From Candidatus Pacearchaeota archaeon (GTDB lineage: Archaea; Nanobdellota; Nanobdellia; Pacearchaeales; GW2011-AR1), in assembly GCA_041649045.1 (NCBI GenBank), contig JBAZNV010000001.1:286728-350727 (forward strand): a stretch of DNA of 64,000 nucleotides, read 5' to 3'. The notes under the pieces are model-generated. The model saw only the letters and a program-made list of their open reading frames with translations. It ran no database searches and was not told the DNA's origin. The translations under genes and the position numbers were made by a program. Shown in pieces: positions 49,451-60,014 of this stretch (its first letter is position 1; each line of letters starts with the position of its first letter).

Positions 49451-49792
49451 TTATCCAATTGCCTCGACTTTTAAAATATTGTCATTATGACTATAAAATA
49501 CAACTTCACCATATTCAATGTGAGTGACATGCCTTCCTCGCTCGCCGTGGACATCAAATCCGTGGAATTTAAAGTAATTTGTCTCTACAGGGATCTCGAT
49601 ACTTCGACTAAACCCGTTAGAATTAAACTGCAAGCATTTCCCTGATATGTATCTTAAATACTTCGCTTCTGGATGTCGAGCAATCAGCTCTTTATTATTA
49701 ATTACACCCGAAGCTAACAATTCTAATTTTATTCCCACCTCCATAGAATTTAGTTCATCCCGAAGCGCTGTAAAAATGTTTATTGATTTCAT
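49451..49792 (-). CDS. Hypothetical protein
   Basis: 113 aa ORF, tightly co-oriented with its neighbours. Confidence 0.55.
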   Translation of the reverse strand: MKSINIFTALRDELNSMEVGIKLELLASGVINNKELIARHPEAKYLRYISGKCLQFNSNGFSRSIEIPVETNYFKFHGFDVHGERGRHVTHIEYGEVVFYSHNDNILKVEAIG

Positions 49793-49908
49793 TTTAGAAA
49801 AAATTGGTGCTAAGATTTTGCACTTACAAAAGCACGGCTAAAACGACGTTCTCCATAGAGAAATTTTCGTTAGCCATCCAATTTTATAATTTTAAGGTTT
49901 AAATATTT

Positions 49909-50328
49909 TTACTTTGCACGACCGAATTCTATTGATTCTTCTCTTCCTTTGTCGGTTAGAAAATATTCTAACTTTCCTTCTATTTTTTTGTATTTCATAA
50001 TAGATATCAATTTATCTCTATAAACTTCGAGCATCTTTTGGGTCACCAGTTTTGCATCTGGTAAAGATAATTGAAGTTTTTCTCTCGCAAGGTGAATCAT
50101 TGATAGGGAAGACCCTGGTGCCTCGCCATTCATATAGGCATCTTCTACCTTTCGATATAAATCGTTAACTATTTGGTCATTGACATCAAATTGCGGATTG
50201 GTTTCTTCTTTTCTTTTTTTCAAGACCCACGGGCTATCTACTACTGTCCCCATTTCAAGTCCTCCGCTTTGGAATCGAATTCTTTCAGCACATTTTGCTT
50301 GTTGGCCTGGGGTAAATCTTCTTGACAT
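49909..50328 (-). CDS. Hypothetical protein, possible winged-helix C-terminus
   Basis: Ends in YFLTDKGRE. Confidence 0.55.
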   Translation of the reverse strand: MSRRFTPGQQAKCAERIRFQSGGLEMGTVVDSPWVLKKRKEETNPQFDVNDQIVNDLYRKVEDAYMNGEAPGSSLSMIHLAREKLQLSLPDAKLVTQKMLEVYRDKLISIMKYKKIEGKLEYFLTDKGREESIEFGRAK

Positions 50329-50383
50329 AATTTATGGTTAATTTTCCCATTTTTATTTTTTATTGTTATCAAGTATACTAGAA

Positions 50384-52771
50384 TTATCTTAATTTCTTTT
50401 CTGTCTCTGCAATCTTAATTTTGGTTTTAATAACTGTGTCCGGATTTAAAGAGATACTATCGATTCCGCATTCAACAAGGAATTGTGCAAAGTCCGGAAA
50501 GTCAGATGGAGCCTGGCCGCAAATTCCAATTTTTCTTTTATTCTTTTTTGCTTTTTGGATTGCCTCGCGAATAAAATTTTTCACAGCGTCGTTTCGCTCG
50601 TCATAAATATCAGAAACGATGGATGAGTCACGATCAAGGCCAAGAGTTAATTGAGTTAGATCATTGCTGCCGATCGAAAATCCATCGAAAATTTTTGAAA
50701 ACTCATCCGCCAAAATGACATTCGCCGGAATCTCGCACATTACGTAAATTTCCAATCCGTCTTTGCCTTTTTTTAATCCCTGTTCTTCCATTATTTTTTG
50801 GACCTTTTTGCCTTCATCGACTGTTCTGCAAAACGGAATCATTATTTTTACATTCTTAAGCCCGAACTCCTCACGAACTTTTTTAAAAGCCTGACACTCT
50901 AACTCGAAAGCTTGCTTGTAGCCTGGCTTGTAATATCTTGAAGCACCGCGCCAGCCAATCATGGGATTATCTTCCGATGGTTCATATTCTTTTCCTCCAA
51001 TCAAGTTTGCATACTCGTTTGTCTTAAAATCACTTGTCCTAACAATCACATCTTTGGGATAGAACGCAGCAGCGATCATTGCAACACCGTGAGCAAGCCT
51101 ATCAACAAAAAATTCCTTTTTGTCTTTATATCCATAAGTTAAATCTTCGATTTGTTTTTTTAGTTTCTGGTCTTTTAGTTTGTCGAAGTTTATCAATGCG
51201 TTTGGATGAATTTTTATGTAAGAATTGATAATAAATTCTTCTCGCGCAAGACCACATCCGTCATTTGGAATAAAGGAGAACTCAAATGCTGAAGTTGGGG
51301 AACCAACATTCATCATTATTTTAGTTTTTGTCTTAGGAATTTTAGAAATGTCGGTTTTTTTAATTTCAAATTTTAAATTTCCAGTATAGACTTTCCCGGT
51401 TTCTCCGTCGGCACACGAAACAGTAATATTTTTTCCTTGTTTTATTTTTTTGGTACAATTATTTGTCCCAACAACACATGGTATACCAAGTTCCCTTGAA
51501 ACAATCGCCGCATGACAAGTTCTTCCACCTCGATCTGTTACAATTGCTGAAGCAATTTTCATTATTGGCTCCCAATCCGGGTCTGTCATATCCGTAACCA
51601 AAACATCACCTTTCTTAAAACCATGAATATCTTTCACATTGAGAATTATATTTGCTTTTCCAGAGCCAATTTTGCTTCCGACGCTCGCACCTTCGCATAT
51701 AACTTCACCATTTTCTTTTAAAACATATTCCTCAATTTCATTTCTATTTTTTTGACTCTGAACTGTTTCGGGTCTTGCCTGAACAATGAATAACTCGCCG
51801 GTCAAACCATCTTTAGCCCATTCCATATCCATCGGTTTTTTGTAATGATCCTCGATGATGCACGCCCATTTTGCCAATTGCAATACTTCTCTGTCGTTAA
51901 TAGAAAATTTTTTTCTTTCATTTTCTTCAACACTTATATTTTTCACGGGCCTGACTCCTCCATTATTATAAATCATTTTTATCGTTTTTTCTCCGATGTT
52001 TTTTGATATAATTGATTTATAACCCTGCTTCAAAGTTGGTTTGTGAATATAAAATTCGTCGGGATTAACTGCGCCCTGAACGATATTTTCTCCCAGCCCG
52101 TAAGAAGATGTTAAAAAAACAACGTCTTTAAATCCGGATTCTGTGTCGATAGAAAACATTACTCCCGACGACGCTTTGTCGCTTCTTATCATTTTTTGGA
52201 CTCCGATACTTAATGCTATAGAAAAGTGATCGAAACCTTTGTCAACTCTGTAAGAAATTGCCCGATTTGTGAACAGTGATGCGAAACATTTTTTACATGC
52301 AATTAAAAGCGCCTCTTCGCCTCGGATATTCAAGTAAGTTTCCTGTTGCCCCGCAAAACTGGCGTCGGGCAAATCTTCTGCTGTTGCCGAACTCCTTACA
52401 GCAACGTCAATTTCATGCCCATACTCTCTGCACAATTTTTTATAACTTTTTCCAATTTCAAGTTTTATTTCATCAGGAATGTTTGCTTTCAAAATCAAGT
52501 TTCGTATCTGCTCGCCTCGTTTCATCAAATCTCTCGTATTGTGAGTATCCAAACCTTTCAGTGTCGATTTAATTCTCTCCTTCAAATTTTCTTTCTCGAT
52601 AAAATATCTATATGCATAAGCTGTCACGGCAAAACCGTTCGGAACTTTCACGCCCTTGGTTTTCAGTTCCCGATACATTTCCCCCAGAGAAGCGTTTTTC
52701 CCGCCGACGATAGGAACGTCCCGAATAGACAACTCGTCAAACTCAAGAACAAATTTTTCTTTATTGTTCAT
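50384..52771 (-). CDS. ppsA: Phosphoenolpyruvate synthase
   Basis: VGGKNASLGEM, AVRSSATAEDLPDASFAGQ, GGRTCHAAI and FSIGSNDLTQ motifs. Confidence 0.97.
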   Translation of the reverse strand: MNNKEKFVLEFDELSIRDVPIVGGKNASLGEMYRELKTKGVKVPNGFAVTAYAYRYFIEKENLKERIKSTLKGLDTHNTRDLMKRGEQIRNLILKANIPDEIKLEIGKSYKKLCREYGHEIDVAVRSSATAEDLPDASFAGQQETYLNIRGEEALLIACKKCFASLFTNRAISYRVDKGFDHFSIALSIGVQKMIRSDKASSGVMFSIDTESGFKDVVFLTSSYGLGENIVQGAVNPDEFYIHKPTLKQGYKSIISKNIGEKTIKMIYNNGGVRPVKNISVEENERKKFSINDREVLQLAKWACIIEDHYKKPMDMEWAKDGLTGELFIVQARPETVQSQKNRNEIEEYVLKENGEVICEGASVGSKIGSGKANIILNVKDIHGFKKGDVLVTDMTDPDWEPIMKIASAIVTDRGGRTCHAAIVSRELGIPCVVGTNNCTKKIKQGKNITVSCADGETGKVYTGNLKFEIKKTDISKIPKTKTKIMMNVGSPTSAFEFSFIPNDGCGLAREEFIINSYIKIHPNALINFDKLKDQKLKKQIEDLTYGYKDKKEFFVDRLAHGVAMIAAAFYPKDVIVRTSDFKTNEYANLIGGKEYEPSEDNPMIGWRGASRYYKPGYKQAFELECQAFKKVREEFGLKNVKIMIPFCRTVDEGKKVQKIMEEQGLKKGKDGLEIYVMCEIPANVILADEFSKIFDGFSIGSNDLTQLTLGLDRDSSIVSDIYDERNDAVKNFIREAIQKAKKNKRKIGICGQAPSDFPDFAQFLVECGIDSISLNPDTVIKTKIKIAETEKKLR

Positions 52772-52858
52772 TTCATCCTCTTTATTTTTTATAGAGAAAG
52801 AGGTTTATAAACTTTAAGTGAAAATTTAATTTATTTAATCTCAGAAGATATTTATTTA

Positions 52859-53176
52859 TTAAGATATCTTATTGATTATTTCTGTCAAATCTCCACTAAG
52901 CGAAAATCCTGCCTCCCTGGCTTCCTTGTCAAATGAGTCAGAACAACCACATTGTGCAAAATATTTTCTATCCGATTTTACTCTCTCAAGGATGTGCGAA
53001 ATTCCACCACGACGATTGCAATGAATGATGACTAAATCTGCTTCTAATTCTGTTGACGATGAAACAATTTCATATGGAATAATTTTTACGTCATACCCAT
53101 TGGCTTTTAAAAAATTTTCACTTGCTGGGTAACTTTCTCTTCCCGGGCCTAAAATCAATGCTTTTTTATTTGACAT
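52859..53176 (-). CDS. Small alpha/beta hypothetical protein
   Basis: 105 aa ORF with an alternating beta/alpha pattern. Confidence 0.55.
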   Translation of the reverse strand: MSNKKALILGPGRESYPASENFLKANGYDVKIIPYEIVSSSTELEADLVIIHCNRRGGISHILERVKSDRKYFAQCGCSDSFDKEAREAGFSLSGDLTEIINKIS

Positions 53177-53188
53177 TTTATCCTTCAG

Positions 53189-53704
53189 TTATTTATCTCT
53201 TTTTGTAACTTTTTTATAATTTTCAGAAAATCTTTTCGCAGATTCTTCATGGGTTTTGCAATCTTTTATATCAGGAAAATATTTATCAAAATCTTCAGGA
53301 GATTTTGTGATCAGAGGAAACCCAAACCTTTTCGCGATTTCCCGATCTTCTGGAGAAATGTGACAGGTGCAAGCAATTAAATGAGAAGACATTCCTCTTC
53401 TCTTTAAAAATTGATAAAGATCTAACGCCATATTTCTATAAACTGTTTTGAATTCACCACAGCGATCTTCAATAACCCCAGCAATACGATCCTGATTCAT
53501 ATCCAGAATGTCTGACAAATACACGAAAGGCAATTTTCTTCCATTGCATAATCTTCTGGTGACTTCTTCTATTGCTTGGAATGAATTTGTGAGCGAAAAT
53601 GGGTTATAACCTTTATATTTCAAGTCTGCTTCAATATCATTGCGCCAATCTACTTCATCATCTACAACCATGATTTCTAAAGCTGGTGAAATAATTTGAG
53701 TCAT
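53189..53704 (-). CDS. Stand-alone response-regulator receiver domain
   Basis: IMVVDDE, YLSD (putative phosphoacceptor), IACT and ITK motifs. Confidence 0.7.
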   Translation of the reverse strand: MTQIISPALEIMVVDDEVDWRNDIEADLKYKGYNPFSLTNSFQAIEEVTRRLCNGRKLPFVYLSDILDMNQDRIAGVIEDRCGEFKTVYRNMALDLYQFLKRRGMSSHLIACTCHISPEDREIAKRFGFPLITKSPEDFDKYFPDIKDCKTHEESAKRFSENYKKVTKRDK

Positions 53705-54024
53705 TTTACATCCTCAGAATTAGCTGATTGTTCTAATTGAGATAGTTCGGATTGTCTTTGTTTCACCAAAATTTTTTTTCCGTATTCAAAACCAATTAAT
53801 CGTAACCCTTCATAAAGAAGCCCTCCCAAAACAAAATATAAAGCAAATTTTCCTTCGTCCCTATTGCCATAATATAATCTTGTTCCAAAATCATATAGCA
53901 TTGCAGTTCCAATGGCATAATGAATATTAAGCATCATTTTCATTGCTTTTTGAGTAATGCAACTTTGTTTCTGATTATATCTTTCATTAATTTCTCTTAT
54001 TTGTTGTTCTAATTCATTTGTCAT
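53701..54024 (-). CDS. Two-TM hypothetical protein
   Basis: Two hydrophobic segments; overlaps the next gene. Confidence 0.55.
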   Translation of the reverse strand: MTNELEQQIREINERYNQKQSCITQKAMKMMLNIHYAIGTAMLYDFGTRLYYGNRDEGKFALYFVLGGLLYEGLRLIGFEYGKKILVKQRQSELSQLEQSANSEDVK

Positions 54025-54025
54025 T

Positions 54026-54403
54026 TTACTTTTTGTCTCCTTTCCCGAATCTCAAACATAATTCTAACGAATCTGCTAACTTACCCGCGGCCTCATAAAC
54101 GCAAAATATATCTTGTCTTTCCATTTCAGACGTATAACCATCACCCAAATTTTGCTTAGTAACAAAACTTTCCCAATAGAAAAAAAGATCGTTACGTAAA
54201 AATCTAATTCTTCCCGCCCCCAAATATTCTTTGTCCAATGTTTTTGTTTCAATAAAAAGCTTACTCCAATATCTTCTAAATTCGTCTGTATCGGGTCTTT
54301 GCCCTCTTGTTCCTCCAGTAAATTTTTCTGAAAAATTATATATAGCTCGTGCTGATTCTATTGCTTCTTCAATTGCACTTCTCTTCTCTGATTTCTCTGT
54401 CAT
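54026..54403 (-). CDS. Hypothetical protein
   Basis: 125 aa ORF, first of a tight four-gene run. Confidence 0.55.
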   Translation of the reverse strand: MTEKSEKRSAIEEAIESARAIYNFSEKFTGGTRGQRPDTDEFRRYWSKLFIETKTLDKEYLGAGRIRFLRNDLFFYWESFVTKQNLGDGYTSEMERQDIFCVYEAAGKLADSLELCLRFGKGDKK

Positions 54404-54457
54404 TTTATAATTTAGACAGAAAAGGTTTTAAATGGTAGTCCTCCTTAATAGGATTAC

Positions 54458-55180
54458 ATGGAAATAAATGATTTTGAAAAGATAGGGCTGACAAAGAACC
54501 AGGCAAAGATTTATCTTTCATTGTTAAAGTTAGGTGAAGCGACGGCACAGCAAATCATGAATGAAAGCGAGTTACATAGATCGAGAGTTTATGACGGACT
54601 TGAGAAACTTCAGGAACTCGGACTTGTTAGTTACGTTGTAAAAGATTTCAAGAAATATTTTCAGGCGGCCGAACCTGAAAAACTAAGAAATTATATTGAC
54701 GAACAAAAAGAATTTGTTGAAAAAATAATTCCTGAAATTAAATTGATTCAGGGCGCGAAAAAAGAAGAGATAAATGGGACTGTGTACAAAGGAAAGGAGG
54801 GACTAAAGACGATTCATTCACAAATGCTTAAAGAAGGAAAAACGGTATACGTTCTGGGCGCCAAAGGATACATATTTTCTGAACTCGATTTTTTTATTCC
54901 AAATTTTGAACGTGAAAGATTGAAGAAAAAAATTAAATTTGTTTGCCTTTGGGACGACGAAGCCGCAAAAGAAAGATCGAAAGATCAAAAACTTATGGAA
55001 GGGAAGGTTTTGCCAAATGGTTATTCATCAGACGGAGTTGTAAATATTTTCGGGAACAAAGTCGTGATAGTTTTATGGAAAGAACGGCATCCTTCGGGAT
55101 TTGTAATTGAAAACAAAGAGATAGCTGATTCTTATAGGAAATGGTTTGAATTATTGTGGAAAGTTAATAGTAATCACTAA
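54458..55180 (+). CDS. TrmB-family transcriptional regulator
   Basis: GLTKNQAKIYLSLL...HRSRVYDGLEKLQELGLV; IADSYRKWFELLW. Confidence 0.88.
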   Translation: MEINDFEKIGLTKNQAKIYLSLLKLGEATAQQIMNESELHRSRVYDGLEKLQELGLVSYVVKDFKKYFQAAEPEKLRNYIDEQKEFVEKIIPEIKLIQGAKKEEINGTVYKGKEGLKTIHSQMLKEGKTVYVLGAKGYIFSELDFFIPNFERERLKKKIKFVCLWDDEAAKERSKDQKLMEGKVLPNGYSSDGVVNIFGNKVVIVLWKERHPSGFVIENKEIADSYRKWFELLWKVNSNH

Positions 55181-55231
55181 AAAATTACGACTCAAGGAAA
55201 AATTTAAATAATCTTTTTTTGTATAAATTAT

Positions 55232-56041
55232 ATGGTCGAAAAATTAGAAGATTCGATTAAAATCCAAGGATGCTTAAAAACGTCAGAAAATCAATTATTT
55301 ACAAATAGAAGTGATAAAGATTTGGATTTAGTTTTCGATGTTCCCGGAGAATTTTGTTCTATGGACGGATATCTATTCAGTGATATGACTTTTAGAGAAA
55401 CTGGGACTGATTCCGTAAGACTTTTTGGGCTTTCTCCAGAATTGACTTTATGGATTTCGGCTACGGGAAATATTAGATATAATAGTAAAGAACTGGGAAG
55501 ACATGAAATTTTTGGGGGATTAGCACAGTTTTTAGGTCCAACGTTTAATGATAAACTGAAAAAATTTCTGAAAAAAGAAGGCTTATCTTCGAAGCCAATT
55601 GATACATGTTCTGATAACGCGATCTGGAATTCAATGATAGAATGGGGAAATTTAAGAAGAAACTTAAATAGAGATAGACAAGGAATACCTTACGATGTTT
55701 TTGTAGAAGGAGTGTCTGATAATGTTCCAAGAATGGGATTTAGAAGTCCAGCATATTTGGGTTTAGGTAGAGACGATCTGGTTTTTGCTACGCCTTATTT
55801 GGAATTTATGACATCAAATTATTATAATAGACTGGGATGTGCACTAAAACTGCTTTTTGGAGGAAATAATCAAATAGGAAGGTCAAAAAAAATAACAAGA
55901 ATTTTTGACAGAGCAGACGTTGCAAAATGGAAGGTTCCAAGTGGATTTAATGTTGATGGAATAGATTCCGAACTAATTGAGAATTCATATAAAAAATTAA
56001 GAAATTATCTTTTAACAAAACCCTTAGTAAAAAGAGATTAA
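55232..56041 (+). CDS. Hypothetical protein
   Basis: 269 aa ORF with TTTAAATA upstream. Confidence 0.6.
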   Translation: MVEKLEDSIKIQGCLKTSENQLFTNRSDKDLDLVFDVPGEFCSMDGYLFSDMTFRETGTDSVRLFGLSPELTLWISATGNIRYNSKELGRHEIFGGLAQFLGPTFNDKLKKFLKKEGLSSKPIDTCSDNAIWNSMIEWGNLRRNLNRDRQGIPYDVFVEGVSDNVPRMGFRSPAYLGLGRDDLVFATPYLEFMTSNYYNRLGCALKLLFGGNNQIGRSKKITRIFDRADVAKWKVPSGFNVDGIDSELIENSYKKLRNYLLTKPLVKRD

Positions 56042-56090
56042 TTTATTTTTCAATCAAAACCAATAAAAACCCTGATTTTCTTATTAAATT

Positions 56091-57062
56091 ATGTCATACG
56101 AATCCGAATCCCGTAAAAACATCCTTCGAGAAAGCGACGAAGCTAATGGAGTTTCCGTCAAAGGTTACGATTTTGATGATGGAGTTGACTGGGAAAAAAT
56201 AATTGATTCTTACGCAACAGTTGGTGCGCAGGCTACAAATTTATCTAAGGCGATCGAAATCATAAAAGAAATGAGAAAAGCAAAAGCAAAAATTTACCTT
56301 GGGTATACCTCAAACATGGTTTCGTCCGGGCTAAGAGATATTTTCAGATATTTAGTTGAACATAAATTTGTCGATGTGATTGTGACAACCGCGGGCGGAA
56401 TCGAAGAGGATTTTATCAAATGTCTCGGAGATTTCAAGATTGGCGATTTTAATTTAAGCGGAAAAGAATTAAGGAAAGAAGGAATTAACAGGATTGGAAA
56501 TATACTCGTGCCGAATTCGAGATATTGTCGATTCGAAGAATTTTTAATTCCAATTTTAGAAAAACATAAAAATGAAACTCTTACTCCTTCTGAACTCATT
56601 AAAATTCTTGGAAAGGAGATAAACAATAAAGAATCAATTTATTACTGGGCTCAAAAAAATGGTATACCTGTTTTTTGTCCCGCAATTACCGACGGAAGTT
56701 TAGGTGACATGGTTTATTTTTTCAAATTCAAAAATCAACAATTCAAAATTGATGTTTCTGATGATATTGTTAAAATGAATGAAAGTGTTTTTGAAAAAGA
56801 AAAAACTGGATTAATAATTCTTGGTGGCGGAGTGATCAAGCACCATATCTGCAACGCAAATATGTTTCGAAACGGCGCCGATTATGCTGTTTACATAAAT
56901 AACGCACAAGAGTTTGATGCATCTGATGCGGGTGCTCGACCTGATGAAGCTGTGTCTTGGGGAAAAATTGCGCCTAATGCAAAAATGGTGAAGGTTTTCG
57001 GAGATGCAACAATTTTATTCCCAATTATCGTTGGAAAATGTTTTGGGAATAAACAAAATTAA
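56091..57062 (+). CDS. dys: Deoxyhypusine synthase
   Basis: LGYTSNMVSSGLR, TTAGGIEED, CPAITDGSLG, GGGVIKHH and GARPDEAVSWGKI motifs. Confidence 0.95.
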   Translation: MSYESESRKNILRESDEANGVSVKGYDFDDGVDWEKIIDSYATVGAQATNLSKAIEIIKEMRKAKAKIYLGYTSNMVSSGLRDIFRYLVEHKFVDVIVTTAGGIEEDFIKCLGDFKIGDFNLSGKELRKEGINRIGNILVPNSRYCRFEEFLIPILEKHKNETLTPSELIKILGKEINNKESIYYWAQKNGIPVFCPAITDGSLGDMVYFFKFKNQQFKIDVSDDIVKMNESVFEKEKTGLIILGGGVIKHHICNANMFRNGADYAVYINNAQEFDASDAGARPDEAVSWGKIAPNAKMVKVFGDATILFPIIVGKCFGNKQN

Positions 57063-57117
57063 AATGTTCAACTAATTTTTATTTTTAATTATTTCTGATT
57101 TGAATTATATAAAAATA

Positions 57118-57372
57118 TTATATCCTTGCCCATTTCTGCAATGTTTTTATATTTTCTCTTTTCAAATCTTTTATTTTTGAAAGTTCGTCAAAATTTTTGA
57201 ATTGCCCGTTTTGCTCGCGGTGTTTTATGATTGACGCTGCGATTCTTTCGTTAATGCCGGGAATCGTCATTAATTCTTCTTTTGTTGCTATGTTTAAATC
57301 TGTTTTGTCTTCATCTTGTGATGCTTCTTCTTCCGTGCCCTCAATGCTCATATCCTCATTTATATCATCCAT
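57118..57372 (-). CDS. ComEA-like helix-hairpin-helix DNA-binding protein
   Basis: DLNIATKEELMTIPGINERIAASIIKHREQNGQFKNFDEL. Confidence 0.85.
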   Translation of the reverse strand: MDDINEDMSIEGTEEEASQDEDKTDLNIATKEELMTIPGINERIAASIIKHREQNGQFKNFDELSKIKDLKRENIKTLQKWARI

Positions 57373-57432
57373 ATAAACTATTAATTTGAATTTTATAAAA
57401 AGAATCGCTGTATAAAAAAATACTTCATTACC

Positions 57433-57708
57433 TTACCATGAAATACTCGTGGGTTCTCTTTTGACATATTGAAAATCATTCAAAAGTTCGTAAACTTCTA
57501 TGCTTGTCTCAACTTGATCATCAAAATATCTGACCTGATATTCTCTTTCGTTATCCGGATTGTAGCACTCTATGATCATTTCTTTCGTCGTTTTATGATC
57601 CATAAAAAGAAAATGTGAATCTATTATCATTATTTTCCCTTGAATCCAAATTTTATCACCTTCTTTCAACTGAAAAATTGGCTTTGATTGTTTTTCAATT
57701 GGTATCAT
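57433..57708 (-). CDS. Small beta-rich (SH3/KOW-like) hypothetical protein
   Basis: QLKEGDKIWIQGKIMII pattern. Confidence 0.6.
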   Translation of the reverse strand: MIPIEKQSKPIFQLKEGDKIWIQGKIMIIDSHFLFMDHKTTKEMIIECYNPDNEREYQVRYFDDQVETSIEVYELLNDFQYVKREPTSISW

Positions 57709-57808
57709 AAAAAAATATAATTAAGTCAATTTATAAAGATTAGGATACGAAAGTAATTGTTCGAAATAAGACATCGATAATTTAAAGGTAAAAAAGCTTT
57801 TATTTTAT

Positions 57809-58024
57809 ATGGAAATTAATATATTGGAAATGAAGCGGTACATTCCGTTTTACTCCAGGGTTTTGTTTAGCGGGCTTGATTTAAGAGACGCAGCTGTCGA
57901 GGACATCCCAGAAAAGACTGAAATTTTTAACACTGCCCTTAAAGAGTATGAGGAGAACGTCCCAGAAAACCTTCGGGCACTTATTCAAGAAGAAATCGAT
58001 GATTTAAAAAATATGAGAAAATGA
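57809..58024 (+). CDS. Small hypothetical protein
   Basis: 71 aa ORF in an intergenic gap. Confidence 0.45.
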   Translation: MEINILEMKRYIPFYSRVLFSGLDLRDAAVEDIPEKTEIFNTALKEYEENVPENLRALIQEEIDDLKNMRK

Positions 58025-58072
58025 GATAATATTAGTTTAATGTGAAAATTAATTATATTTATAATTTAATTT

Positions 58073-59527
58073 TTAATAACTTTTTCCTGCGTATACCACT
58101 ACTTGAGCTTCCTTCCCGCAAAAGGCACATTTCCCTTTTGCTTTTTCTTTTTTTTCAGCACGAGTTCCCATTACTCTTGCTGCAAGTTCTTTTTCAATAA
58201 ATTCTGCACAATCCTTGCCTTCTTTTTCAGTGGAACAAAAATTAAACCTTGCGATTTTTCCAGAGTCTAAAGCAGATTTTATTTCGTCTTTGTTTTTACA
58301 ATCTAAAATTTTATCCTTGAAAAATTCGTCTGCTTTTGTTTTCAACCTAACATCAAATTCGGCTCCGAGATTTTTTATATCTTCGACCAAATTTTCTACT
58401 TTTATTTTTATTTTTTCTTTAGTGTCTCTTATGAAAACGGTTAATTCACCTAACTCAAGTTCTTTGTCTCCAATTTCTATTCTAAAAGGAACGCCCTTCA
58501 TCTCCCAAAAGAAAAATTTCTCTCCTGGCCTTTTATCTGAATCATCAATTTCACATTCTATATTGTTTTCAAAAAAAAGTTCTCTTATGGCTTCAACTCT
58601 GGCTTCGATTGCCTTTTTGTTTTTTTCGCTATAGTGAGGAACAACTATGACTTGAACGGGAGCAATTGAAAAAGGAATTATAAGTCCGCTATCGTCGCCA
58701 TGCATAGAAATTACTGATGCAAGAATTCTTGAAATGGCTGGACCATAGCAAGTCTGCCAAACGAATTTTTCTTTTTCATCTTTATCTATAAATTTTATAT
58801 CAAACGCTTTTGAAAAATGTTGTCCAAGCAAATGAGTAGACGGTTGTTGAATAAGTTTCCCGTCTGGCAAAAGAGAGTCGCTTCCGATTGTGTATTCAGC
58901 GCCGTGGAATTTATCCCATTCTGGTCTTTTCATTGGCAAAAAAGGAATGCCAAAAATTTGATGCATTACTGATTCTGTCATTGCGATATCTTCCTGAACC
59001 TGTTCTTCTGCTTCTTTTTTTGTTTCGAATACATCGTGAGCCTCAAGCCAATAGAATTCTCTTGATCGTATTAATGGTCTTGTTGAGCCTGTTTTCTCAT
59101 TTCTAAAAACATTTGCTCTCTGATAAATTTTCAACGGTAAATCTTTGTAGCTTCTGATCCATAATTTATACATCTCATAAAAAGCGGTTTCGCTAGTTGG
59201 CCTTAAGGCGACTTTTTCTTCTCCGCGAAATTGTTCAAGCCAAAATACAGCTGGTGAAAATCCTTCAACATGACTTGCTTCTTTTTTAAAATTTCCTTCG
59301 GGAATTACAGCAGGAAATATGGCTGGTTGATGTCCTGTTCTTTTTAGTGCTGATTCGTAAATTTTATACATTTTTTCAATCATTCTTGCCCCCCACGGTC
59401 TGATGACAATGAATCCTTTCACTCCATAACGCAAATCTGTTACCTCGGCTTTCGATAGAATCTCCGAATACCACTCGGAAAAATTTTCACTTTTAGAAAT
59501 ATTAAAAGTTACTTTATTCTTAACCAT
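58073..59527 (-). CDS. proS: Prolyl-tRNA synthetase (archaeal/eukaryotic type)
   Basis: FSEWYSEIL, LRPTSET, FRNE...PLIRSREFYWLEAH and THLLGQHFSKAF motifs; C-terminal GKSY. Confidence 0.96.
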   Translation of the reverse strand: MVKNKVTFNISKSENFSEWYSEILSKAEVTDLRYGVKGFIVIRPWGARMIEKMYKIYESALKRTGHQPAIFPAVIPEGNFKKEASHVEGFSPAVFWLEQFRGEEKVALRPTSETAFYEMYKLWIRSYKDLPLKIYQRANVFRNEKTGSTRPLIRSREFYWLEAHDVFETKKEAEEQVQEDIAMTESVMHQIFGIPFLPMKRPEWDKFHGAEYTIGSDSLLPDGKLIQQPSTHLLGQHFSKAFDIKFIDKDEKEKFVWQTCYGPAISRILASVISMHGDDSGLIIPFSIAPVQVIVVPHYSEKNKKAIEARVEAIRELFFENNIECEIDDSDKRPGEKFFFWEMKGVPFRIEIGDKELELGELTVFIRDTKEKIKIKVENLVEDIKNLGAEFDVRLKTKADEFFKDKILDCKNKDEIKSALDSGKIARFNFCSTEKEGKDCAEFIEKELAARVMGTRAEKKEKAKGKCAFCGKEAQVVVYAGKSY

Positions 59528-59682
59528 ACTCGATAATAGAAAGGGGTGTATATAAAATTAATGAATCATTTAGCCGTTTCTTCCATTAAATTTATAAACT
59601 AATATTTGCAGATTATCTTACCAGTGATTAACCGTTGGTTATGAGGACTCTGTTCTCGCTGGAAACTAAATAAGGGAAAAAA

Positions 59683-59979
59683 ATGGCATCAATATATGAC
59701 GTTGTTGAGAAAGCAAAAAAAACCGGAAAGGTAAACAAAGGTATAAATGAGGTCACAAAAGCTATTGAAAGAGGGATTGCAAAAGCAGTTGTTGTGGCAA
59801 GCGATGTTTCACCTAAAGAACTTACCCAGCATTTGCCGATTTTATGCAAGGAAAAAAACATAAAGTTTTTTTTGGCAGATTCGAAGGAAAAACTCGGAAT
59901 TTCTGTAGGCATTAACAGACCAGCTACAGCTATAGCAATTATAGAAACCGGCGAAGCAAAGCTTGATTCAATCAAATAG
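59683..59979 (+). CDS. rpl7ae: Ribosomal protein L7Ae
   Basis: KGINEVTKAIERGIAKAVVVASDVSP. Confidence 0.95.
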   Translation: MASIYDVVEKAKKTGKVNKGINEVTKAIERGIAKAVVVASDVSPKELTQHLPILCKEKNIKFFLADSKEKLGISVGINRPATAIAIIETGEAKLDSIK

Positions 59980-60014
59980 TTTTAAAAGACTATCGTTAGA
60001 GAATTATAATTAAT

